A stretch of 64,000 nt of DNA, taken from Isurus oxyrinchus (taxonomy: Eukaryota). Where the stretch lies: NCBI GenBank assembly GCA_026770705.1, contig JANJGN010000021.1, positions 98,890,001-98,954,000 of the forward strand. The letters run 5' to 3'. The notes under the pieces are model-generated. The model searched no databases and was not told where the DNA came from. It saw nothing but the letters and a program-made list of their open reading frames with translations. Positions 36,906 through 48,400 of the stretch are shown piece by piece. The translations under genes and the position numbers were made by a program. Numbering within the stretch: position 1 is the first letter of the stretch; the number at the start of each line of letters is the position of its first letter.

Positions 36906-38015
36906 CTAACAATCAGAAAATAACAAAACGTCAGCAAATAAACCCAAACAGAGCATCATGTACAGAAGGCCATCTCATTCTGCTTGGGTTAACCCAGGAT
37001 AGCGCACAGACTGACGATGTTGAACAGATCACTGTCTCTTCATGTCAATGCGACCAGCACCACGTCATTGTGACCTCTGCCATGTCATGTGACTGATGCC
37101 ATGTCATGTGACCTGTAGCATCATTGTGACTAGTGCCATGACCATGTGATTTGTGCACTGGAATGTGACTAGTGCTGTGTCACGTGACCTGCGCCATGTG
37201 AATCAGGGGGTCAATCTGACCAACTTCACAATTGGGAATCAGGGTCAGGGGCCAGTCTCCCTGCTGTGGCTGCACTTTCCCCAGTCGCCCACCCTCTGAT
37301 AACTCAACTGCTGGCAATCAGGAAATCCAACGCCATAAACTGCAAGCCTTTCATGAAAAGATCAGGACCGGAAATCTCCTCTACCTTCTCCTGGTAGTGA
37401 TTTCAGGATAAAGCCCGTCGACATGGAAAAACCAGGTATTCACCGAGTGGTGGGGAGCAGAGGGATGCTCTCTATAAGATACTCTCAGTATATACACTGA
37501 CTACAATGTTAGTCTAATCACGTTCAACAGACAGCACACGGGCAATGGCTCCACTCACCTCGGAACCCCCTCCCCTCTTATTGTTCATCTGACAACTGCC
37601 CTCACCACCTCTCATTTGTCATTCCCCTGCATTTTCTCAACTCCCCCCGCTCCCCTCCCCTTAACACATATACACTCACGCTTCCCTCACCACCACCTCA
37701 CTATCTCTCATCTTCCCCCACCTCCCCTTCACAGCCCTCCAACTCTCACCCTCCCCTCCCCGTCTCTCATCTGTCCCCACCTCCCCTTCTCCCCTCTCCA
37801 ACTCTCACCCTACATGCCCCGCGTACCTCCTCTTGCCTTCCTTTTCCTCTTCTCCTCCTTCCCCTGCCTTCCTTGTTCCCCATTTCCCCCCGATTCAACA
37901 GTCAGGATGAGAAATTTGGATTGACCCCATGATCGTTCTCGGGGAGGGCTGTCACTCCCTGAATATCCCACGCTAAAATTTAATCCATTAATCTCGGTAT
38001 TCCCAATTTACTTAC

Positions 38016-38045
38016 TTTCTGCCACAGAGCCATCACTTTCAGAAG
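38016..38045 (-). CDS. Gene B 30-nt cytoplasmic micro-exon
   Basis: tttttattctgcag|CTTCTGAAAGTGATGGCTCTGTGGCAGAAA|GTAAGT, giving (A)SESDGSVAE in phase 1-1. Confidence 0.75.
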
Positions 38046-38284
38046 CTGCAGAATAAAAACACAAAGCTTCAGTCATTGAGAAATCAGTGGGAATATATTA
38101 TAATCACGGACAGTTTTTACAAACAGTTCCATCATCTGTGTGGTCAGGAAAACAACCGGGTGCAAATCCTCAGGGATTATTTCCATCAAACTCTGTACTT
38201 TCAGGGATTGGGGCAGGAAAAGGAGGGGTTGTGTGGTGGTGGTGGTGGTGGTGGGTGGGGGGGGGGGGGGCGGGCGGGGGCAGT

Positions 38285-38930
38285 GCCCAGTGCTGAGGGA
38301 GTGCTGCACTGTCAGAGGGTCAGTACTGAGAGAGTGCTGTCATGTCAGAGCATGAGTATTGGGGGACTGCTGCACTGTTGGAGGACCAGTATTGAGGGAG
38401 TGTTGCACTGCTGCAGGGATGTTATTGAGGGAGTGTTGTACCGTTTTAGTATCACTACTGCAGGAATGCTGCAGTGTTGGAGGGCAGGTGATGAGGCATT
38501 GCTGCAATGTCAGATGCGTAGCATTGAAGGTGTGCTGCACAGTCAGAGGAGCAGCAGTGAGGGAGTGCTGCACTGGCGGAGAGTTAGCAGGGAGGGTGCT
38601 GCGCTGAGTGAGTGGCAGCACCTAGGGAGTGCTGCACTGTCAGAGATGCAGCCTTTTGGGTGAGCCATTAGACTGAGATCCAGTCTGTCCTGTTAAGTCA
38701 ATGTAAAAGATCCCGTGGTCTCCTGTGAGGAACACCAGGCAATGTTTCCTGGGTATCCTGGGTAGTATTCAACCTAAACCACCTGCAATACAACAGGTTA
38801 TTTGGCCACTTGTAGACGGCAGTGTGTAGGATCTTGCTGTGCACCAACCGGCTACTATGTTTCCTACATTACGACATTATCACATTCCCGAGCTTTTTCA
38901 GGGTGCTATATAAATGTGAGTCTTTCTTTT
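38285..38930 (+). mobile_element. DeuSINE-like element with an old, degenerate internal 30-mer expansion
   Basis: About 11 decayed GAGGGAGTGCTGCACTG units followed by SINE body and tail (GCTATATAAATGTGAGTCTTTCTTT). Confidence 0.7.
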
Positions 38931-39009
38931 TCATAATAGTCCGATGTGCTAATTGTAGAGTGTCGAGTGGTGACTGTGAGGGAGCCATCAGTGAATAATG
39001 AAATCTTAC

Positions 39010-39144
39010 CAACACCAAAACACCAGCCGAATTTCTCCTTTACTTCCTGTTGCAGCTTCCAGCAGAAAAAGCCAGCAACAACGAGTACAATAAATAGCAC
39101 CAACAGAGCCACAGCGATAATCACTCCAGATGCTCCACCTTTAA
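39010..39144 (-). CDS. Gene B transmembrane exon
   Basis: 135 nt, phase 1-1. (V)KGGASGVIIAVALLVLFIVLVVAGFFCWKLQQEVKEKFGWCFGV, with G|GTAAGA donor. Confidence 0.88.
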
Positions 39145-39207
39145 CTGAATTAATAACATGGTTAGTCTCAGCTCCCAACCCCCAGATTCCAACTCAAGAA
39201 TATCCCA

Positions 39208-39525
39208 TCGGAGAGATTAAAATTTGAGCCCGTGTCCTGCTTTCTATCCTTAATGTCACTTATTGGCACATTCCTTAGATAATATCACCACCTTCAACAC
39301 CTCTTTGTCCTTTTGTCTATGACATCTTTTGGTTATCTCCACCTATCACTGGCCCTCTATCCTGCTCTACTTGTCCCACCGCCCGTTAAACCAGCTTATA
39401 TTTCACCTCCTTTCTATTTTTCCTTAGTTCTGTTGAAGAGTCATATGGACTCGAAACGTTAACTGTGTTCCTCTCCGCAGATGCTGCCAGACCTGCTGAG
39501 TTTTTCCAGGTATTTTTGTTTTTGT
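39208..39525 (+). mobile_element. Penelope-like terminal-repeat insertion with hammerhead motif (39426-39464) and 14-bp TSD
   Basis: Homologous to the arm at 18812-19136. Direct repeat TCAAGAATATCCCA at 39194-39207 and 39526-39539. Confidence 0.75.
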
Positions 39526-40969
39526 TCAAGAATATCCCAACCCAGTGTAATCGGGAATACTTGTTCTCCAGTGTTCCCCAGAGCTTTCCTCACTGCCTTT
39601 AGGAGTGGGGAAAGAGGGATAACTGGCCTTAAGTCTCGCTCCCAGTATCGAATCATGGAATCATTACAGGGCAGAAGGCCATTTGGCACATCGAGGCCCT
39701 GCTGGCTCTGCTAAGCAGCAATTCACCTGCTGCCACTCCCCACATCCCTGCACATTCCCCCCTCCAGACATTCAAAAATATGTAGAAAACAACTTATGAC
39801 ACAGAAAGAGGCCATTCTGCCCATCATGTCTGTGCTGGGTGATAAGCGAGCCACCCAGCCTAAACCCATTGTCCATTTTTAGCCCATAGCCCTGGAGTTT
39901 ATGGGGCTTCAGGTGCAAACCTTTTGAGGGTTTCTGCCTCTGCTACCGCTTCAGGTAGTTCCACACCCCTACCGCCCTCTGGGTGAAATTTTCTTTCCTC
40001 ATTTACCCCCCCCCCACCCCACTAATCCTTCTAGCGATCACGTTCAATCTATGCCTCTAGTACTGACCTCTCTGCTGAGGGAAACAGGCCCCTCCCATCC
40101 ACTCTATCCAGGGCTCCCCTCAATCAAGTCTCCACTCAGCGATAGTGGGGACCATGTGCAGTAGCCCAGGGCATACCAGGTTGCTTTGAGGCAGCTGAAG
40201 TCTGCACGGTGGGGAGGAATGGTGGGAAGGGGGATGCTGATGTTGAAGGGTCTGCACCTTAATGGGAAGGGCCGAAAGTGCAGGGAGTTAGAGGAAGAGG
40301 CAGAGCACAGCAGAGGATAAATATATCTGCAGTTCGCATAGCAACATGGGCAGACTCTGCAGAGAATTTTCACTCGAAGCAGACAGGAACCTTCAGAAAA
40401 AGTGAATGATTAAAATGTCTTCCATCTTTCTCCCAGCGCAGACAAGGATCCCTCCACCGTGAACTCAGTACAACCCGGGAATGTTACGACCATCCCTTAT
40501 CCTGGAAATTTCCTACTCCTCAGTCCCCTGTTTATATCCAATCCTTCCGCCAGGTTATTCCTGTTGCTTGCTCCATGTTCTTCTCGTTTTATATTCCGGG
40601 CTATTCCTATTCCTTCTTCTTCATGAGGTCTCTGCCTGAGGACGGTTCTGATCCACGAGCGACATGATCTTCACCTCGGGTAGCGCAAGGAGGGTGGTCC
40701 CGAATCCAGTCTAGCCGGAATACCGGTGGCACCGATCTGATCCACGGCAGCCATTCAGCCCTCCCAAAGCGTCTGAGTTGCTATGGCAACACACATTTTT
40801 ACATGCATGCTGTAGCCCAAAGCTATGGATAGGGACAGCGGATGCAACAATTTCTCTCTATTGCATGGTTGACCGGGAATCTCTCCCGCTCTTGCTGCCT
40901 GCCATTGGGGTGTGCTGGAAGGATTTACAAGTTGATATTTAACCTGCTCAGCCATGTTATGAACATACC

Positions 40970-41508
40970 TTCACAGAATCACAGTGCAGAAGAGGCCCTT
41001 TGGCCCATCGAGTCTGCACCAACACATGAGAAACACCTGACCTACCTACCTAATCCCATTTACCAGCACTTGGCCCATAGCCTTGAATGTTATGATGTGC
41101 CAAGTACTCAACCAGGTACTTTTTAAAGGATGTGAGGCAACCCGATCCACCACCCTCCCAGGCAGCGCATTCCAGACCGTCACCACCCTCTGGGTTAAAA
41201 AAGTTTCACCTCACATCCCCCCTAAACCTCCTGCCCCTCACCTTGAGCTTATGTCCCTTTGGGATTAGCCCTTCAACTAAGGGGAACAGCTGCTCCCTAT
41301 CCACCCTGTCCAAGCCCCTCATAATCGTGTACACCTCGATCAGGTCACCCCTCAGTCTTCTCTGCTCCAACGAAAACAACCCAAGTCTTTCCAACCCCTC
41401 TTCATAACTTAAATGCTTCATCGCAGGCAACATCCTGGTGAATCTCCTCTGCACCCCCTCCAGTGCAATCACATCCTTCCTATAATGTGGTGACCAGAAC
41501 TGCACCAT
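40970..41508 (-). mobile_element. Relatively young CR1 3' end
   Basis: VQFWSPHYRKDVIALEGVQRRFTRMLP....LSYEE.LERLGLFSLEQRRLRGDLIEVY. Confidence 0.92.
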
Positions 41509-42078
41509 CAGGTCCTGGATATTTAAAAGATTTAAAAGATTATCAGGTCCTGGATTGGGACTTGAACCCAGAGCTTCTAACTCAGAGGCAGTAATGCTAC
41601 CCACTGCTCCACAATACCTCAATGCTCCCATTCCTTACCCCAGATTATTTCCATTCCTTATTCCAGGTGATCCAGATTCCTCACCCCGTTAAATTCCCAC
41701 TCCTTTCCCCGGGCTTCACCCCATTCCTTACCCAACATTATTCCCATTCGGTCCCAATTATTCCCATTTCTCATCCCAAGTCATTCCCATGCCTTTTCCC
41801 AGGTTATTCCCATTCTTTATGCCAGGTTATTCGTATTCCTTATAAGGAGGAGGAAGAAGGAATGGGAATAGCCCGGGATATTAAGTGGGAAGAACATGGA
41901 GCAAGCAACAGGAATAACCTGGTGGAAGGATTGGATATAAACTGGGGGTAGAGGAGGTTATGCCCATTCCCCCCCCGCCCCGGTCAGGTTATTCCCATTC
42001 TTTATCCTGGTTTATTCCCATTTCTGACCCCAGCGTGTTCTCGTTTCTATGGCAGGTTATCTATTCCCGTTCACTTAC

Positions 42079-42353
42079 CCCAGGGTCTCTCCATTGCTCC
42101 AGAAAGCTGCTGTGTAGGACGCGACAGACATGGTTGCGGCTATCTCCGGGTTTAGTCTGGAAGTGCACCCTGATTTGGTAGGTGCCGTCATGGTTGGGTC
42201 GAATGCCGGTGCTTTGGGATTTGAAGAGGGGCTCTCCGTCTGTATACCAGATTACGTTGATGGATTGCGGGTAAAAACCAGTGACCAGGCAGTGGAGATT
42301 GAGATTCTGGCCATCCAAGCTCTTTGTGTCATAGACAATCAACTCTGGGACAA
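42079..42353 (-). CDS. Gene B alpha3 (C1-set Ig) exon, 275 nt (1-nt deletion near the 3' end)
   Basis: (V)VPELIVY...LHCLVTGFYPQSINVIW...G...IRPNHDGTYQI...VCRVLHSS. Restoring one base gives SSLSGAMERPW plus a phase 1 junction. Confidence 0.88.
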
Positions 42354-42784
42354 CTGAAGAGAGAGAGAGAGAGAAAGGAGGACAGGTTCACTCTGACTGT
42401 ACACGGCAGTGGAACCCTTCGACTGGATTAGTCACAGATGGAAAGGGACGTGGTAAGTGACTATGAAATGAAGAGGATGGTCTCACAGATCAGTCTGTGT
42501 GACAGCCTCCCTCACGCGCTGTGCTCTCGGTGAATCAGTGAATTCACCATCGGAGCCTCCTGCCGTCCTCAGCTGCAGCCTCTCCCTGCTGAGGCCCTGG
42601 CCGCAGTTTACTGGGTTCAAACCTGACCGGCTTCGGGACAGCTCTGGGGATTTCCGGTAAAACAACACTCCCCCTCGAAGATGCGGCACAGCCAGGTTCA
42701 AACTGGAATAACAGGAAAGGTGGAACCAGGATTCAGAGGAAGTGTGTGTGTGTGTGTGTGGGCAGGGTGTGGGGGCGGTCACGA

Positions 42785-45052
42785 GGACAGAGTGGGAGGG
42801 GCTGGGGAGGGGTCACCAGGGAGTGGGTGGGAGGGGCTGGGGAGGGGTCACCGGGGAGATAGCGGGAGGGGCTGGGGAGGGGTCACCGGGGAGAGAGCGG
42901 GAGGGGTCACCGGGGAGAGAGCGGGAGGGGTCACCGGGGAGAGAGCAGGAGGGGCTGAGGGGTGGGGTCACCGGGGAGAAAGCGGGAGGGGCTGGAGAGG
43001 GATCACTGGGGGGAGAGCGGGAGGGGCTGGGGAGTTCACCGGGGAGAGAGTGGGAGGGGCTGGGGCAGGGTCACCTGGGAGAGAGCAGGAGGGACTGAGG
43101 TGGTCACCGGGGAGATAGTGGGGGGTGGGTCACCAGGGAGAGTAGGGGGTGGGTCACCGGGGAGAGAGTGGGGGGTGGGTACTGGGGAGAGAGTGGGGGG
43201 TGGGTCACCGGGGAGAGATTGGGAGGGAGGGTCACCGGGGAGAGATTGGGAGGGAGGGTCACCGGGGAGAGATTGGGAGGGAGGGTCACCGGGGAGAGAT
43301 TGGGAGGGAGGGTCACCGGGGAGAGATTGGGAGGGAGGGTCACCGGGGAGAGATTGGGAGGGAGGGAGGGGGTCACCGGGGGAGATTGGGAGGGAGGGAG
43401 GGGGTCTCCGGGGAGAGATTGGGAGGGAGGGAGGGGGTCTCCGGGGAGAGAGTGGGAGGGAGGGGGGGTCGAGAGTGGGAGGGGCTGGGGTGGTCACCGG
43501 GGAGAGAGCGGGAGGGGGCTTGGGGTGGTCTCCGGGGAGAAAGCGGGAGGGGGGGGGTCACCGGGGAGAGAGTGGGGGGGGGTGGTTCACTGGGGAGAGA
43601 GTGGGAGGGGCTGGCAGGGATGCGTCACTGGGGAGAGAATGAGGTGTTCATTGGGAAAGAGACTGTGGTGGTCACTGGGGAGAGCGCGGGAGGGGTCACC
43701 GGGGAGAGAGCAGGAGGGGCTGAGGGGTGGGGTCACCGGGGAGAAAGCGGGGAGGGGCTGGAGAGGGATCACTGGGGGGAGAGCGGGAGGGGCTGGGGAG
43801 TTCACCGGGGAGAGAGTGGGAGGGGCTGGGGCAGGGTCACCGGGGAGAGAGCAGGAGGGACTGAGGTGGTCACCGGGGAGATAGTGGGGGGTGGGTCACC
43901 AGGAAGAGTAGGGGGTGGGTCACCGGGGAGAGAGTGGGGGGGTGGGTCACCGGGGAGAGATTGGGAGGGAGGAGGGGGTCACCGGGGAGAGATTGGGAGG
44001 GAGGGAGGGGGTCACCGGGGAGAGATTGGGAGGGAGGGAGGGAGGGGGTCACCGGGGAGGAGATTGGGGAGGGAGGGAGGGGAGGGGGGTCACCGGGGAG
44101 AGATTGGGAGGGAGGGAGGGAGGGGGTCACCGGGGGAGAGATTGGGAGGGGAGGGAGGGGGTCACCGGGGAGAGATTGGGAGGGAGGGAGGGGGTCACCG
44201 GGGAGAGATTGGGAGGGAGGGAGGGGGGGGTCACCGGGGAGAGATTGGGAGGGAGGGAGGGGGTCACCGGGGAGAGATTGGGAGGGAGGGAGGGGGTCAC
44301 CGGGGGAGAGATTGGGAGGGAGGGAGGGGGGTCACCGGGGGAGAGATTGGGAGGGAGGGAGGGGGTCACCGGGGAGAGATTGGGAGGGGAGGGAGGGGGT
44401 CTCCGGGGAGAGATTGGGAGGGAGGGAGGGGGTCTCCGGGGACAGAGTGGGAGGGAGGGGGGTCGAGAGTGGGAGGGGCTGGGTGGTCACCGGGAGAGAG
44501 TGGGAGGGGCTTGGGGTGTCTCCAGGGAGAAAGCGGGAGGGGGGGTCACCGGGGAGAGAGTGGGGGGGTGGTTCACTGGGGAGAGAGTGGGAGGGGCTGG
44601 CCAGGGATGCGTCACTGGGGAGAGAATGAGGTGTGTTCATTGGAAAGAGACTGTGGTGGTCACTGGGGAGAGAGTGGGGGTGTCACTGGGGAGAGAGTGG
44701 GGGTGTCACTGGGGAGAGAGTGGGGGTGTCACTGGGGGAGAGAGTGGGGGTGTCACTTGGGGAGAGAGTGGGGGTGTCACTGGGGAGAGAGTGGGGTGTC
44801 ACTGGGGAGAGAGTGGGGGTGTCACTGGGGAGAGAGTGGGGGTGTCACTGGGGAGAGAGTGGGGGTGTCACTGGGGAGAGAGTGGGGGGTGTCACTGGGG
44901 AGAGAGTGGGGGTGTCACTGGGGAGAGAGTGGGGGTGTCACTGGGGAGAGAGTGGGGGTGTCACTGGGGAGAGAGTGGGGGTGTCACTGGGGAGAGAGTG
45001 GGGGTGTCACTGGGGAGAGAGTGGGGGTGTCACTGGGGAGAGAGTGGGGGGT
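42785..45052. repeat. G-rich minisatellites (GGGTCACCGGGGAGAGATTGGGAGGGA; GGGGGTGTCACTGGGGAGAGAGT) filling the gene B alpha2-alpha3 intron
   Basis: Visible directly, with an internal ~0.8-1 kb duplication (about 42900-43680 vs 43680-44670). Confidence 0.95.
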
Positions 45053-45109
45053 GCCATTGGCCAGTGGTTTGATGGATGCTTGTGACAGGAGGTTTGGAGT
45101 CAGACCTAC

Positions 45110-45385
45110 CTTTGCGATTCAGTGTATTAGCTCCATAACCAAGGTACGTGTTTAACCAATCAACACACATTTTCTTTGTGTACTGTTTCTTGTATATGTT
45201 GTCAGCCTTGTTACTGTTCCACTTGTTCTGGCTGCTCTCAGCGTAAGGGGAGACAGCGAACCAGGTGGCATGCTCCAGGTCGAAGCTGATCAGCTCGCGC
45301 CCATTAAAGGCGTATTGCCGAACTCCGCTCACAGTCCCGTCATCACTCACCTCGCAGCCTGAAGTGTACTGCAGGAAGTTCAGAC
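45110..45385 (-). CDS. Gene B alpha2 exon
   Basis: 276 nt, phase 1-1. (G)LNFLQYTSGCEVSDDG...QYAFNGRELISFD....TW...KWN...KQY....CVDWLNTYLGYG. Confidence 0.93.
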
Positions 45386-45467
45386 CTAAAGAAAGGTCAA
45401 AAACATCAATAATCAGCAGCCAGTCACACCCAATTTCACCAACATGCCCCAAAATCTGGGTGACAAT

Positions 45468-48400
45468 CTAACACGAGGGTGTGTTCACCGTTACACACTC
45501 CCTGTGAACCCGGGTCACTCTCTAACCTGAGAGCGTGTTCACCATTACACACTCCCTGTGAATCCAGGTCACTCTACAGCACAATGGCGTGTTCACCATT
45601 ACACACCCACTGTGAACCCAGGTCACTCTCTAACACGAGGATGAGTTCACCGTTACACACCCACTGTGAACCTGGGTCACTATCTAACATGAGGGTGTGT
45701 TCACCATTACACACTACCTGTCAACTCGGTTCATTCTCTAACATGAGGGTGTGTTTCACCATTACACACTCCCTGTGAACCTAGGTCATTCCCTAAAACA
45801 AGAGCTTGTTCAGCATTACACACCCACTGTGAACCTGGGGTCAATCTCTAACACGATGGTGTGTTTCACCGTTACAGACTCCCCGTGAACCTCGGTCAGT
45901 CTCTAACATGAGGGGCATGTTTACCATTACACACTCCCTGTGAACCTGGTTAACACTAACACGAGGGTGTGTTCACCATTACACACCCACAGTGAACCCG
46001 GGGCCATGCTCAAACACGAGGGTGTGTTCACGATTACACACTCCCTGTGTACCTGGCTCACACTCTAATGCAAGGGTGTCTTCACCGTTACACACCCAGT
46101 GTGAACCCAGGTCACTCTCTAACATGAGGGTGTCTTCACCATCACACACCAGTGTGAACCAAGGTCACTCTCTAACACGAGGGTGTGTTCACCATTACAC
46201 ACTCCCTGTGAACCCGGGTCACTCTCTAACACAAGGGTTTGTTCACCTTTACACACTCCCTGAAAACTCGGTTCACCCTCCAACACGAGGGTGTATTCAC
46301 CTTTATCCACTCCATGTGAGCCTGGGTAACACAAACACAGGGTGTGTTCACCATTACACACCCACTGAGAACGTGGGTCACACTCTAACACAAGGGTCTG
46401 TTCACCATTACACACTCCCTGTGAAGCTGGGTCACTAACACGAGGGTGTGTTCACCATTACACATTCCCTGTGAAACCCGGGTCACTCTCTAACATGAGG
46501 GTGTGTCACCATTACACACCCACTGTGAACCCGGGTCACTCTCTAACACGAGGGTGTGTTCACCATTACACACCCACTGTGAACCTGGGTCAATCTCTAA
46601 CACGAGGGTGTGTTCACCGTTACAGACTCCCCGTGAACCTCGGTCAGTCTCTAACACGAGGGCGTGTTTACCATTACACACTCCCTGTGAACCTGGTTAA
46701 CACTAACACGAGGGTGTGTTCACTGTTACACACCCACAGTGAACCCGGGCCATGCTCAAACACGAGGGTGTGTTCACGATTACACACTCCCTGTGTACCT
46801 GGCTCACACTCTAATGCAAGGATGTCTTCACCGTTACACACCCAGTGTGAACCCAGGTCAGTCTCTAACACGAGGGCGTGTTCACCATTACACACTCCCT
46901 GTGATCTCGGGTCACCCTCTAACACGAGGGTGTATTCACCTTTACCCACGCCATGTGAGCCTGGGTAACACAAACATGAGGGTGTGTTCACCATTACACA
47001 CCCACTGTGAACCTGGGTCACACTCTAACACGAGGGTCTGTTCACCATTACACTCTCCCTGTGAACCCGGGGTCAGTCTCTAATACTTGGGTGTGTTCAT
47101 CATTACACACTCCCTATGAACTCAGGTCACTCTCTAACATGAGGGTGTTAACCATTACACACTCCCTGTGAACCTGGGTCTTTCTCTACCACGAGTAACA
47201 CACCTACTGTGAACCTGAGTCACTCTCTAACACGAGGGCGTGTTCACCATTACACACCCATTGTGAACCCAGGTCACTCTCTAATACGAGGATGTGTTCA
47301 CCCTTACACATCCACTGTGAACCCGCGTCACTCTCTGAGGGCGAGCATGTGTTCCCCATTGCACACTCCCTGTGAACCCAGTGTCACTCCTCTATCACGA
47401 GGGTGTGTTCAACATTACACACTTCCTGTGAGCCTGGGTCACTCTCTAACATGAGCGTGTGTTCACCATTACACACTCCCTGTGAACCAGGATCACACTC
47501 TAACATGAGGGTGCGTTTACCATTACACACTTGCTGTGAACCTGGGTCATTCTCTACCACAAGTAACACACCCACAGTGAATCCGGGTCACTCTCTAACA
47601 TGAGGGCGTGTTCACCCCTACATACTCCCTGTTAGCCTGAGTCATTGTCTAACACGACGGCGTGTTCACCCTTACACACCCACTGTGAATCCATGTCACT
47701 CTGACACGAGGGTGTGTTCCCCATTACACACTCCCTGTGAACCCAGGTCACTCTCTAACACAAGTGTGTGTTCACCCTTACACACCCACTGTGAACCCAG
47801 GTCACTCTCTGACACGAGGGTGTCTTCCCCAATACACACTCCCTGTGAACTCGGGTCACTCTCTAACACGAGAAAATGCTCACAGTCACACACACCCACT
47901 GTGAACCTGGGTCACCCTCTAACACGAGGCTGTGTTCACCATTACACACCCCGAGTGAATCCGGCTCACTTTCTAACATGAGGGTGTGTTCACCCTTACA
48001 CACCCACTGTGAACCCGGGTTAATCACTAACATGAGGGTGTGTTCACCATTACACACGCCTTGTGAACCTCAGACACACTCTAACATGAGGGTGTGTTCA
48101 CCCTCACACACTCTCGGTGAAGCCGGGTCACACTCCAGCATGAGGGTGTCTTCACCATTATACAGTCCCCTGTGAACCTGTGTAACACGAAGATGAGGGT
48201 GTGTTCACCAATACACATTCACTGTGAACCTGGGTCAGTCTCTAAATCGAGGGTTTGTTCACCACTACACACTCCATGTGAACCTGGGTCATTCTCTAAC
48301 ATGAGAAAATGTTCACCGTTACTCACCCACTGTGAACCTGGGTAAAACGAACTTGAGGGTGCCTTCACCAACACACACTAGTGTGAACCTGGGTTACTCT

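Noticed and set aside
37559-37588. Additional 30-nt cytoplasmic exon (AG...GAG|GTGAGT)
   Set aside because: No polypyrimidine tract, and an in-frame stop in phase 1.
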